DNA from: an uncultured virus (IMG/VR IMGVR_UViG_3300031787_000017)
Taxonomy: Duplodnaviria > Heunggongvirae > Uroviricota > Caudoviricetes
Length of the DNA stretch: 20,000 nt
Direction: 5' to 3' (one strand)
IMG/VR virus record: IMGVR_UViG_3300031787_000017
Shown here: positions 6,607 to 16,131 of the stretch, one piece after another
Layout: each line of letters starts with the position of its first letter
Position numbering within the stretch: position 1 is the first letter of the stretch
Notes under the pieces: generated by a model
Seen by the model: the letters and a program-made list of their open reading frames with translations, nothing else
The model's database searches: none
Told to the model about the DNA's origin: nothing
Translations under genes and position numbers: made by a program

Positions 6607-9287
6607 TGGCAATTCGTAGAACGGGTTCGCAAACACTAGTCAATAGAGGTGTTACAGCTGCAGCAGCGACACCCGTAAATATTATTACAGGTAGTGGTGG
6701 TGGCGGTGCAACAGTAAATATTTCTTCAATTCAAATTGCGAATTCTACGTTTGTCGTAAAAGATGATACTGCCATCGATACAGCTGGCGGATTCATGATT
6801 ATCAATGGTACAGGATTTCAAAGTGGTGCTGTAGTTTACATTCAAGGTACAGCAGCAACATCAACAGCATTTGTAAGTTCTTCACGATTAAATGTTACAG
6901 TACCAGCATTAAGTAGTGGATTATTAGATGTTTATGTGGTCAATACAGATGGATCGGGTTCTATCTATTTACGATCACTTAATGCAAATGGTACACCTTC
7001 ATGGACTACAACATCACCATTAACAACTCAAGACTCAGGGACCGCATTTGCAATTAATTTAGTGGCTTCAGGTGCAGCAGGCGATGGTACAATTACATAT
7101 GCAGTTTCTTCTGGTAGTTCTTTGCCTTCAGGTACATTCTTAGCATCAAATGGATATTTTTATGGCACAGTGAGTGTAGGTACAGAAACGACTTATAGTT
7201 TTAGTGTTGATGCGATTGATGCACAAAACCAAGAAACTGCAAGATCATTTAATATAACAGTACAAATTCCTGACCCATACTTCAACCTAACTACATTGTT
7301 GTTATCGGGTAATGGCACAAACAATGCTAACAACAACGTGTTCCAAGATTCCAGCACTAATAACTTCACCATTACTCGTAACGGCAACACGACGCAGGGT
7401 ACGTTCTCGCCGTTTAGCCAGACTGGGTGGAGTAACTTCTTTGATGGAACTGGCGATTACTTACAGACTGCTTCAGGCAGCTCTACGTCTTTTGGCGCTG
7501 GTGACTTCTGTGTAGAGTGCTGGTTTTATAAGACATCGAGTACTGCTACCGGCGGTTATTTAGTTGCCAATCTTGAGAGCAACAGCGATGCTCAATGGGC
7601 GTTGATGATTACTGGTACAGGGTTAATTCGTTGGCAGGGATGGAATACGATTTGGCTGAACCCATCTGCCCCTGCCATTAACCAATGGAACCATGTTGCA
7701 GTATGCAGGTCTGGTACAACACTTTCTTTATTTGTAAATGGTAGTAGGTCGGCAACTTTATCAAGCCATAGTAATAATTACTCCGCTACTACAGATGTAA
7801 GAGTCGGGGCATATGCTAGTGGAACAGACCCGTTTACTGGATATATTTCTAATGCAAGGGTTATAAAAGGTTCAACGCCCTATGATCCGACACTCACTAC
7901 GTTGACTGTACCAACCGCACCGCTAACAGCAATTACGAACACTTCGTTACTAACATGTCAGTCGAATCGTTTTATCGACAACAGCACCAACGGTTTTGCT
8001 ATCACACGCCACGGTGATGTTAGCGTCCAAGCCTTCAGCCCATTCGCTCCTACTGCTGCATACAGCGCGGCTACTGTAGGTGGTAGTGGGTTCTTTGATG
8101 GTACTGGAGATTTTTTAAGAGTACCAAGTACAGGAGAAGGATTTAGTTCTATAACCACCTTTACCTACGAATGTTGGATATATCCTACCTCAGCATTGAC
8201 TACTAACTGTATTTTTGACATCAGCGAATGTCAACCCTTTAGGTTTGTATTATCTAGTTCAAATGTAGTGTGGCAGGCTACAAGTTCGGGCAGTACAATT
8301 TTAACTGCAACCTTTACTTGGATAATAGGAGCATGGCACCACGTAGTGTTCGTAAGAGATGTTAGCGGCAACATATCAATTTTTATTAATGGAACACGTT
8401 ACGCAACTGCCAATTACGGAAGTTGGGGCTCGACTGGAGTAGGTGGTGTAAACATTGGTTGCAATCGAGGTGATACTTGGTTCTTCCCTGGTTTTATTTC
8501 TAATGCAAGATTTGTTAAAGGCACTGCGGTTTATACGGGTGCATTTACTCCACCGACAAGGCCGCTATCGGCATCTGGCGCAGATTCCGCTTCGGCCTAT
8601 CCGAGCACATCAAACGTCAACACTTCTTTCGCTGCGTCCGCGACCAGCCTGTTCCTCAACTTCACCAACGCAGGTGTCGTAGACTCGGCCGCCAAGAACG
8701 TACTAGAGACAGTAGGCAACGCGCGGATCAGCACGACGCAGAGTAAGTTTGGTGGTAGCTCGATGTACTTCGATGGTACGGGGGATTACCTAAAGTTTCC
8801 GTCAAGCGAGTTAGTGCCTTTTGCATCTAACGAAAAGTTCACAATAGAAGGCTGGATATACCCATCGGCTGCAACTGCTGGGCAAATTTACGGCATCTAT
8901 ACAACGCGAAACAGCGGCATATCAGCCTATGCTATTGCTATCACATTGTTTGGGAGTCCGTTGAAAATAAATGTTGAGATAGCCACCTCTGGAAGTGCAT
9001 TGGTGACTATTTCATCATCAACAACGATAAGTGCAAACACTTGGTATCACTTTGCTGTGGTACACGATGGTACGCAATTAAAACTTTATTTGAACGGAAC
9101 AAGCGAAGGCACTCCTGCTACGACATCGCAAGCAACAACACTAAAGGTGATGGCTTTAGGAAGATATTATGTGGACATCGATAACTACTACTTTAATGGC
9201 TATATTGATGACTTCCGCATTACCAAGGGTTACGCACGATATACTTCTAACTTTACACCACCTACATCAACATTTTTAACAAAATAA
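6606..9287 (+). CDS. Tail/adhesin protein: IPT/TIG + Ig-like domain + three LamG (ConA-like lectin) domains (893 aa)
   Basis: INGTGFQSGAVVYI...VYVVNTDG (TIG); three repeats of FDGTGDYL...FTxExW...WxHxAxxRxG..LFxNG...GYIxxxRxxKG. Confidence 0.9.
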   Translation: MAIRRTGSQTLVNRGVTAAAATPVNIITGSGGGGATVNISSIQIANSTFVVKDDTAIDTAGGFMIINGTGFQSGAVVYIQGTAATSTAFVSSSRLNVTVPALSSGLLDVYVVNTDGSGSIYLRSLNANGTPSWTTTSPLTTQDSGTAFAINLVASGAAGDGTITYAVSSGSSLPSGTFLASNGYFYGTVSVGTETTYSFSVDAIDAQNQETARSFNITVQIPDPYFNLTTLLLSGNGTNNANNNVFQDSSTNNFTITRNGNTTQGTFSPFSQTGWSNFFDGTGDYLQTASGSSTSFGAGDFCVECWFYKTSSTATGGYLVANLESNSDAQWALMITGTGLIRWQGWNTIWLNPSAPAINQWNHVAVCRSGTTLSLFVNGSRSATLSSHSNNYSATTDVRVGAYASGTDPFTGYISNARVIKGSTPYDPTLTTLTVPTAPLTAITNTSLLTCQSNRFIDNSTNGFAITRHGDVSVQAFSPFAPTAAYSAATVGGSGFFDGTGDFLRVPSTGEGFSSITTFTYECWIYPTSALTTNCIFDISECQPFRFVLSSSNVVWQATSSGSTILTATFTWIIGAWHHVVFVRDVSGNISIFINGTRYATANYGSWGSTGVGGVNIGCNRGDTWFFPGFISNARFVKGTAVYTGAFTPPTRPLSASGADSASAYPSTSNVNTSFAASATSLFLNFTNAGVVDSAAKNVLETVGNARISTTQSKFGGSSMYFDGTGDYLKFPSSELVPFASNEKFTIEGWIYPSAATAGQIYGIYTTRNSGISAYAIAITLFGSPLKINVEIATSGSALVTISSSTTISANTWYHFAVVHDGTQLKLYLNGTSEGTPATTSQATTLKVMALGRYYVDIDNYYFNGYIDDFRITKGYARYTSNFTPPTSTFLTK

Positions 9288-9299
9288 AAAGAAAAAGAT

Positions 9300-12200
9300 A
9301 TGCCATTAACACAACTAACAGATGGTCTAATTCAACCAGGAACGATTCAACAATCTGATTTAAGTCCATCGATTGCAGCAAACATATCTTCTGCTTTTGC
9401 TGCGGCTAACTCTGCGGCGTCATATGCTAATTCTGCATTTGCTGCGGCGAATACAGCTGTAACAGATCCAATAGATGCATATGCTAGAAATACTGCGAAT
9501 AGTTCTGGTGTATATGCTAATGCCGCTTACGCTGCAGCCAACACAGGATCACCAGATACTTTAGCTAGAAATACAGCGAATAGTGCTGGTGTTTATGCTA
9601 ATTCTGCATTTGCTGCGGCTAATACTGTTGATCAAAAATCAGTAACTAGTGGATCGTATGCTAATTCAGCTTATGCACAAGCTAATACTTCTATTGACAA
9701 TTCCAGTAGTGCTAGTTCTTACGCTAATAGTGCTTATAATGAAGCAAATACTGCAACGACCAATGCAGCTACAGCGGATCAAAGAGCAGTAACTTCTGGT
9801 GACTATGCTAATACTTCTTTTGGTGTAGCAAATTCCGCATCAAGCAATACATTATCTATTTCAAGTTATTCCAATTCAGCCTTTAGTGTAGCGAACTCTG
9901 CCAGTTCTTATGCAAATTCATCTTACAGTACTGCAAATAGTAAATTAAATTTGACTGGTGGTACAATATCTGGAGATTTAAATATCACTGGTAATTTGAT
10001 AGTATCTGGAAACGCCACAACAATATCAGTTTCGGATATTAAAATTGATGATCCATTAATTCAACTAGCTGCAAATAATGAAACTTCTGATACTTTAGAT
10101 ATGGGTTTCTTTGGTCACTATAGTCCAGATGCTGGTGTCACCAGAAAACATACTGGTCTTTTCCGAGATGCTACAGATGGTAAATATTATTTGTTTTATA
10201 ACTACGAAGATCCCAGTTTCGATACATCTTCACCAAATAATGTTATCGATATCGCTAACTCAAGTTTCAGTATTGCAAATCTTACGGCCAATATAGTAAC
10301 CGATACAATTAGAGTTAGAGGATATGATCCTGTAGATCATACGAATTCAGCATTTGGTACAGCTAACTCTGGCAGTTCATATGCCAATGCTGCTTACAGT
10401 CAAGCAAATACTGCAACAACAAATGCTGCAACAGCTGATCAGAAAGCAGTAACAAGTGGTGATTACGCAAACTCAGCATTTGGTATATCAAATACAGCAT
10501 TAACAGATGCCTCCACAGCAGACCAAAAAGCATTAACATCCGGTTCATATGCAAATAGTGCTTATAGTCTAGCCAATACAGCAAACAATAACTCTATTTC
10601 TGCTGGTGTATATGCTAATGCTGCTTATGCTGCAGCAAATACAGGATCATCAGACACTTTAGCTAGAAATACAGCTAACGCAGCTAGTTCATATGCAAAT
10701 AGTGCTTTTGTTGTTGCGAATACGGCAGATCAAAAGGCAGTAACTTCTGGTGATTATGCTAATTCTGGATTTTCTGTGGCTAATACAGCAAATATTAATT
10801 CTATTTCTGCTGGTGTATATGCTAATGCTGCATTTGCTGTTGCAAACAGTGGAATTACAGATAGTTGGGCAAGAGATGCATCAAATAGTGCAAGTAGTTA
10901 TGCCAATAGTGGATACAGTCAAGCTAATACAGCAACTACCAATGCTGCAACAGCAGATCAAAGAGCTGTTACTTCTGGTGACTATGCTAACAGTTCTTTC
11001 TCTACAGCCAATACTTCTGATAGTAAAGCTACTATGGCGAGTTCGTATGCTAATTCAGCATATTTACAAGCAAACACAGCAAATACGAATATTGCAGTTG
11101 TTGATCAAAGAGCTGTTACTTCTGGTGACTATGCTAATTCAGCATATTTACAAGCAAACATTGCCAACACCAATGCGATTACATCTGACCAAAGAGCAAT
11201 AACAAGTGGCTCTTATGCTAACTCAGCATATTTACAAGCAAACACCGCCAACACCAATGCTGCTACTGCTGATCAAAAAGCCATTAGTTCTGGTGTATAT
11301 GCTAATGCTGCATTTGAAACTGCCAATAATGCCACTGATACGTGGGTAAGAAATGCTGCTAATTCGGCCTCCAGTTATGCCAATTCAGCATATGGCCAAG
11401 CTAACACAGCAACTACTAATGCTGCAACAGCTGATCAAAAAGCTATAATTAGTGGCAGTTATGCCAATTCAGCTTACGATGTTGCTAATACCGCATTATC
11501 TAATACTGTATCTGCTTCTAGTTATGCTAACTCAGCATTTGGTGTTGCTAATACTACATTGGTTAATACTAATAGTGCTTATGATCAGGCAAATACTGCT
11601 ACTACCAATGCTGCAACAGCAGACCAAAGAGCAGTAACAAGTGGTTCTTATGCTAACTCAGCATTTGGTGTTGCGAATATTGCTAATCTTAATATAAACT
11701 CCATCCTAAGTTCTATACCTATATTAGACGCAAATATTGTTAGTGCTAGTGTTTATGCTAATGCCGCTTTTGCTGGTGCTAACACTGCTGATCAAAAAGC
11801 TGTAACATCTGGTGTATATGCTAACAGTTCTTTTGATGTGGCTAACTCAGCATCCAGTTATGCCAATTCTGGATTTGCTTCGGCTAATACCGCAGACCAG
11901 AAATCAGTAAGTGCTGGCACATATGCTAATGCCGCTTTTGCTGGTGCTAACACCGCTGATCAAAGAGCTGTAACTTCTGGCTCTTATGCCAACTCTGCGT
12001 ATACATTAGCTAACACTAAATTTAATTCATCTGGTGGTACAATAACTGGTAATGTAACAGTTCAAAATGACCTTACTGTTTTGGGTAATGTTAGTTTTGT
12101 AGGAAATGTTACATCTTTACAAGTTACAGGTAATAGTGGCCAATTTTTTGGTGAAGCGAATGGGCATAACGCATTATATGCCGGTATTCCTGTTGGATAT

Positions 12201-14273
12201 GATTATCAGCCACACACAGTTTTTCAAGCATCGACAAACGAAGATAGTTACTCGCAAATAAACATTCAAAACATTAACTTTGGAAGTAATGCATCTTCAG
12301 ATTATGTTGCAACTGCTGACAATGGTACAGAAAACGATACTTATATTGATATGGGTATCGGCTCAAGCACACATAATGATCCAGATTATACTTTAGTTGG
12401 ACCAAATGATGGTTACCTGTATGTATCAGGAAATACAACAACGGGCGGCGGTAGTTTAATAATTGGCACATTAATTGAAAATGATGTTGTGATTGCTACT
12501 GGCGGCATGAATAATGAAAATGAACAAATTCGTGTCATTGCTTCGAGTAACACAGTTAATATACGTGCAAACTTAGATACCAGTATTGCAAAAAGTGTTC
12601 TGTTGGGACCAATTGGAAATGTACACATTACTGGTGGTTTAAATGATGATTATATTAGAACTGACGGCTCAGGCAATCTTACATTCGCAAATCTAACTTC
12701 TGCGAATGTAATTAAAGAATTATATAATACAGCTAATACCGCCAATCAAACGGCCGTAAGTGCCAGTTCTTATGCCAATTCAGCTTACAGTGTCGCTAAT
12801 ACAGCCAATGTTAATTCTATTTCTGCTGGTGTTTATGCAAATGCTGCTTTTGCAGCTGCTAATACAGGAACTAGCGGTTCAGATCAATATGCTAGAGATA
12901 CTGCTAATTCTGCGTCCAGTTATGCTAATTCAGCATTTGGTGTTGCGAATACTGCATTGGCTAATACCGCATCTGCATCTAATTATGCTAACTCTGCTTA
13001 TGACCAAGCCAATACTGCAAACACTAATGCTGCAACTGCTGACCAACGTGCTGTAACATCTGGTAGTTATGCTAACTCTGCTTATGGCCAAGCAAATACA
13101 GCAACTACCAATGCTGCAACAGCTGATCAGAAAGCAGTAAGTTCTGGTGTATATGCTAATGCTGCATACGGACAAGCCAACACAGCAACTACTAATGCTG
13201 CAACAGCTGACCAAAAAGCTGTAACATCAGGTTCATATGCTAACTCTGCATACGGTCAAGCAAACACTGCTATCACCAATGCTGCAACGGCTGACCAAAG
13301 AGCAGTAACAAGTGGTACATATGCTAATGCTGCGTTTGGAGTTGCTAATACTTCAGACCAACGTGCTGTAACATCTGGTAGTTATGCTAACTCTGCTTAT
13401 GGCCAAGCAAATACAGCAACTACCAATGCTGCAACAGCTGATCAGAAAGCAGTAAGTTCTGGTGTATATGCTAATGCTGCATATACTCAAACAAACACTG
13501 CTACTACTAATGCTGCAACAGCTGACCAAAAAGCTGTAACATCAGGTTCATATGCTAACTCTGCATACGGTCAAGCAAACACTGCTACTACTAATGCCGG
13601 TTCAGCATCAAGTTATGCTAATAGTGCCTATGGTGCAGCCAATACATCTACCACTAATGCTGCAACGGCTGACCAAAGAGCAGTAACAAGTGGTTCTTAT
13701 GCTAATGCTGCATTTGGTGCTGCAAATACCGCAGATCAAAGAGCAGTAACTTCAGGATCATACGCAAATTCGGCGTTTGGTACTGCGAACACATCTTCAA
13801 CAAATGTTACTGCCGCATCAAGTTATGCTAATGGTGCTTTCGCTTCTGCGAATACTCGATTAGCTACCAGCGGTGGTACAATTTCTGGTGATTTGTCTGT
13901 TACTGGTGTAACTACTTTAGCAGAAACAACAGAAGTTCTCTCTACATTAACTGGTGCAACTGGTACTGTTACACATAATTTACAGAATGGTACAACTTTT
14001 TATCATACAAGTCCTTCAGCAAACTGGACAGCAAACTTTACAAATGTACCAACAACAGCAGACAGAACAATTGTTGTTTCTATAATTGTTATACAAGGTG
14101 GTACTGCATATTATCCTAGTGCTGTACAAATAGATGGTGCCGCTCAAACAATCAACTGGTTTAATAACACCGTACCTACTGCTTCAGCAAGTAAAAAAGA
14201 AATCTATTCATTTACTTTAATACGTACAAGTGGCGCATGGACCGTCTTTGGTTCTGAAGCTACGTTTGGATAA
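9300..14273 (+). CDS. Long tail fibre-like protein with Ala/Asn/Ser/Thr heptad-repeat stalks and three globular segments (1657 aa)
   Basis: Dozens of YANSA / ADQRAVTSG repeats; three GGTIxG motifs opening beta-rich domains; C-terminal fibre-type domain. Confidence 0.9.
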   Translation: MPLTQLTDGLIQPGTIQQSDLSPSIAANISSAFAAANSAASYANSAFAAANTAVTDPIDAYARNTANSSGVYANAAYAAANTGSPDTLARNTANSAGVYANSAFAAANTVDQKSVTSGSYANSAYAQANTSIDNSSSASSYANSAYNEANTATTNAATADQRAVTSGDYANTSFGVANSASSNTLSISSYSNSAFSVANSASSYANSSYSTANSKLNLTGGTISGDLNITGNLIVSGNATTISVSDIKIDDPLIQLAANNETSDTLDMGFFGHYSPDAGVTRKHTGLFRDATDGKYYLFYNYEDPSFDTSSPNNVIDIANSSFSIANLTANIVTDTIRVRGYDPVDHTNSAFGTANSGSSYANAAYSQANTATTNAATADQKAVTSGDYANSAFGISNTALTDASTADQKALTSGSYANSAYSLANTANNNSISAGVYANAAYAAANTGSSDTLARNTANAASSYANSAFVVANTADQKAVTSGDYANSGFSVANTANINSISAGVYANAAFAVANSGITDSWARDASNSASSYANSGYSQANTATTNAATADQRAVTSGDYANSSFSTANTSDSKATMASSYANSAYLQANTANTNIAVVDQRAVTSGDYANSAYLQANIANTNAITSDQRAITSGSYANSAYLQANTANTNAATADQKAISSGVYANAAFETANNATDTWVRNAANSASSYANSAYGQANTATTNAATADQKAIISGSYANSAYDVANTALSNTVSASSYANSAFGVANTTLVNTNSAYDQANTATTNAATADQRAVTSGSYANSAFGVANIANLNINSILSSIPILDANIVSASVYANAAFAGANTADQKAVTSGVYANSSFDVANSASSYANSGFASANTADQKSVSAGTYANAAFAGANTADQRAVTSGSYANSAYTLANTKFNSSGGTITGNVTVQNDLTVLGNVSFVGNVTSLQVTGNSGQFFGEANGHNALYAGIPVGYDYQPHTVFQASTNEDSYSQINIQNINFGSNASSDYVATADNGTENDTYIDMGIGSSTHNDPDYTLVGPNDGYLYVSGNTTTGGGSLIIGTLIENDVVIATGGMNNENEQIRVIASSNTVNIRANLDTSIAKSVLLGPIGNVHITGGLNDDYIRTDGSGNLTFANLTSANVIKELYNTANTANQTAVSASSYANSAYSVANTANVNSISAGVYANAAFAAANTGTSGSDQYARDTANSASSYANSAFGVANTALANTASASNYANSAYDQANTANTNAATADQRAVTSGSYANSAYGQANTATTNAATADQKAVSSGVYANAAYGQANTATTNAATADQKAVTSGSYANSAYGQANTAITNAATADQRAVTSGTYANAAFGVANTSDQRAVTSGSYANSAYGQANTATTNAATADQKAVSSGVYANAAYTQTNTATTNAATADQKAVTSGSYANSAYGQANTATTNAGSASSYANSAYGAANTSTTNAATADQRAVTSGSYANAAFGAANTADQRAVTSGSYANSAFGTANTSSTNVTAASSYANGAFASANTRLATSGGTISGDLSVTGVTTLAETTEVLSTLTGATGTVTHNLQNGTTFYHTSPSANWTANFTNVPTTADRTIVVSIIVIQGGTAYYPSAVQIDGAAQTINWFNNTVPTASASKKEIYSFTLIRTSGAWTVFGSEATFG
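13041..13587 (+). repeat. Near-exact intragenic direct repeat of about 232 bp (13041-13272 vs 13356-13587; offset 315 bp)
   Basis: 128-bp identical block 13041-13168/13356-13483, a short divergent patch, then an 85-bp identical block 13188-13272/13503-13587. Confidence 0.85.
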
Positions 14274-14275
14274 TT

Positions 14276-14806
14276 ATGCCTAGAATAAATTCATTAAACA
14301 CATTTGTTCTCTCATCGATAATAAACAGTGGTGATCCAGAAGATCCAAATTATCAAGGTGCAACAATGGTTTTTGTACAAACAACTGCACCAACAGGATG
14401 GACCAAAGATACTTCTGCGGACGATTATACTTTGCGCGGCGTTTCCGGATCAGTATCATCTGGGGGTTCGGTAAATTTTACTACCGCACTTACATCTAGA
14501 AGTTTATCTGGATCTTTAACGTATGGTGGAACTTTAGGTGCCACAACACTTACTTCTGCTCAAATTCCTTTGCATACCCATACAAACCCCGCTGTTAGTA
14601 GAAGGTTTATTTCTCCTGCGACTGCCGCAGGACCTCAAACTCTTTTTGGTCTTGTAGGATCATTTGATCCCGGAGTAATCAATACTCACCCAGGAACGAA
14701 CGCGTCGCATGCTCACCCTCTTGTCGGATCTACAATTTCGGGTACATATGCTTCATTAAATTTAGCAGTTAGATATGTTGATGTAATTTTAGCAACAAGG
14801 ACTTAA
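14276..14806 (+). CDS. Collar-like short fibre/needle protein, paralogue 1 (176 aa)
   Basis: FVQTTAPTGWTK..DYTLR..TTLTSAQIPLHTH..HAH..AVRYVDVILATR. Confidence 0.85.
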   Translation: MPRINSLNTFVLSSIINSGDPEDPNYQGATMVFVQTTAPTGWTKDTSADDYTLRGVSGSVSSGGSVNFTTALTSRSLSGSLTYGGTLGATTLTSAQIPLHTHTNPAVSRRFISPATAAGPQTLFGLVGSFDPGVINTHPGTNASHAHPLVGSTISGTYASLNLAVRYVDVILATRT

Positions 14807-14809
14807 TCA

Positions 14810-15280
14810 ATGGCACTTATTATCGGATCTGGAAATATCACAATAATGAAAATGACTACTCCTCCTACCGGATGGACTAAGAATGTCACGGATAATGATT
14901 ATATGTTGAGGGTAGTTACAGGGAGTGTTGTCAATAATTTAGGTGGCACAGCGTTTTCAACAGTATTTTCTAATTATGCGGGTACAGCAACTTCAGTTTC
15001 AGCTGTTACAATAGGTGCAACCACTATAGACAACTCAACATTTACTGCACATCGACACAACGTATCCTTTATTGCATCATCAGTTACAAGAACTCAAGCT
15101 GCTTCCGGATCAACTTTAGCGGCATCCGCAAATCCTGGAGTTGTAAGTAATAACAATCCAGGTGGTGGTGGTTCTCATACTCATCCAGATTCTACAACTT
15201 TATCTAGTCCAACTATTTCAGGTGGTGGGATTGATCTTAGAGTTAGATATGTGGATATCATCTCTGTAACTAGGAATTAA
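14810..15280 (+). CDS. Collar-like short fibre/needle protein, paralogue 2 (156 aa)
   Basis: PPTGWTK..NDYMLRVVTG..HRH..HTH..LRVRYVDIISVTR. Confidence 0.85.
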   Translation: MALIIGSGNITIMKMTTPPTGWTKNVTDNDYMLRVVTGSVVNNLGGTAFSTVFSNYAGTATSVSAVTIGATTIDNSTFTAHRHNVSFIASSVTRTQAASGSTLAASANPGVVSNNNPGGGGSHTHPDSTTLSSPTISGGGIDLRVRYVDIISVTRN

Positions 15281-15282
15281 TT

Positions 15283-15774
15283 ATGCCTATATTTACTTCT
15301 GGCACAAAAACTATTTTTAGACAAACTTCGGCTCCAACAGGTTGGACTAAAGAAACAGTAAATTTTAATAATCATACATTAAGAGTTACTAACGGAGCAA
15401 CTTCTTCTGGTGGATCAGTAGATTTTACTACAGTATTTTCACCAACAGCATATACATTTACTAATTCTCCTTTTTCCGGAGCATCAGCTGCAACAACATT
15501 ATCAATTTCTCAAATACCATTACATAATCATCCTATACCAAGTCCAGGAACTCCTACTCCACAAGGTAGTTTGTCAGGTAGTCCAGTTACTCAACGTGCT
15601 GCTGGCACAACTGCACCAACAGGACTTTTTGTGAGTGGGCGCATGGATTCAACAACAAGTCTAGATCCAGCTACATCTACAGGACATTCGCATCCAATAA
15701 GCGTTACTGCTTCAGGAACAGTTTTTACTATTGCTGTTCGTTATGTTGATGTTATTATTGCTACTTTAAATTGA
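15283..15774 (+). CDS. Collar-like short fibre/needle protein, paralogue 3 (163 aa)
   Basis: FRQTSAPTGWTK..NHTLRVTNG..TTLSISQIPLHNH..HSH..AVRYVDVIIATL. Confidence 0.85.
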   Translation: MPIFTSGTKTIFRQTSAPTGWTKETVNFNNHTLRVTNGATSSGGSVDFTTVFSPTAYTFTNSPFSGASAATTLSISQIPLHNHPIPSPGTPTPQGSLSGSPVTQRAAGTTAPTGLFVSGRMDSTTSLDPATSTGHSHPISVTASGTVFTIAVRYVDVIIATLN

Positions 15775-15776
15775 TA

Positions 15777-15784
15777 TATAAATA
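15777..15784 (+). promoter_or_regulatory. T4-type late promoter TATAAATA
   Basis: Exact T4 gp55 consensus, followed by AAGGAGA SD and the ATG at 15803. Confidence 0.75.
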
Positions 15785-15802
15785 AAAAGAAAAGGAGATA
15801 AT

Positions 15803-16117
15803 ATGTTACAGACACATAAATTAACTATTATACCCATTGATGGAACAGTAGGTACAGATCAAGGTGGTTTTATCGAATTGGACTTGTCATCATGTGGTAT
15901 ACCAACAAATGTTCATGCATTACAATGGAATAATCCAGTTTGGCCAGATCCCAATAACAGTCATTTAGAAGGATTGGAATATGGTCAAGGAACTGGTTGG
16001 ATCGAATTCAAATCAAATGATGCTAACCTAAATATAACTGAATTGCCACAATGGGCATTAAATTGTTATCAAGTATGGCTTAATTTTTATAATTCTCAAA
16101 ATTCTCAAAATACCTAA
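15803..16117 (+). CDS. Conserved phage protein, possible tail fibre assembly chaperone (104 aa)
   Basis: KLTIIPIDG..IPTNVHALQWN..GWIEF..ITELPQWA motifs; position after the fibre genes; function is inference. Confidence 0.7.
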   Translation: MLQTHKLTIIPIDGTVGTDQGGFIELDLSSCGIPTNVHALQWNNPVWPDPNNSHLEGLEYGQGTGWIEFKSNDANLNITELPQWALNCYQVWLNFYNSQNSQNT

Positions 16118-16131
16118 AAGTAAAATTTGTT

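Noticed and set aside
7430..9287. Diversity-generating retroelement TR/VR pair in the LamG or collar genes
   Set aside because: No long near-identical pair differing only at adenines was seen, and there is no reverse transcriptase in the window; similarities are short protein-level motifs.
10111..13214. Alternative-frame and antisense ORFs within the long fibre gene (e.g. 10750..11202, 12760..13056, 12930..13214)
   Set aside because: Shadows of GCT/AAT-rich repetitive codons; no SD and no independent motifs.
9300..13860. Repeats as a CRISPR array or non-coding repeat system
   Set aside because: Units are in-frame codon repeats varying mainly at third positions, with no unique spacers and no cas genes.
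12720..13860. Ala/Thr-rich repeats as a type I antifreeze or ice-nucleation protein
   Set aside because: Periodicity is 7/14/21/28, not the 11-residue Thr repeat or the 8/16/48 ice-nucleation repeat.
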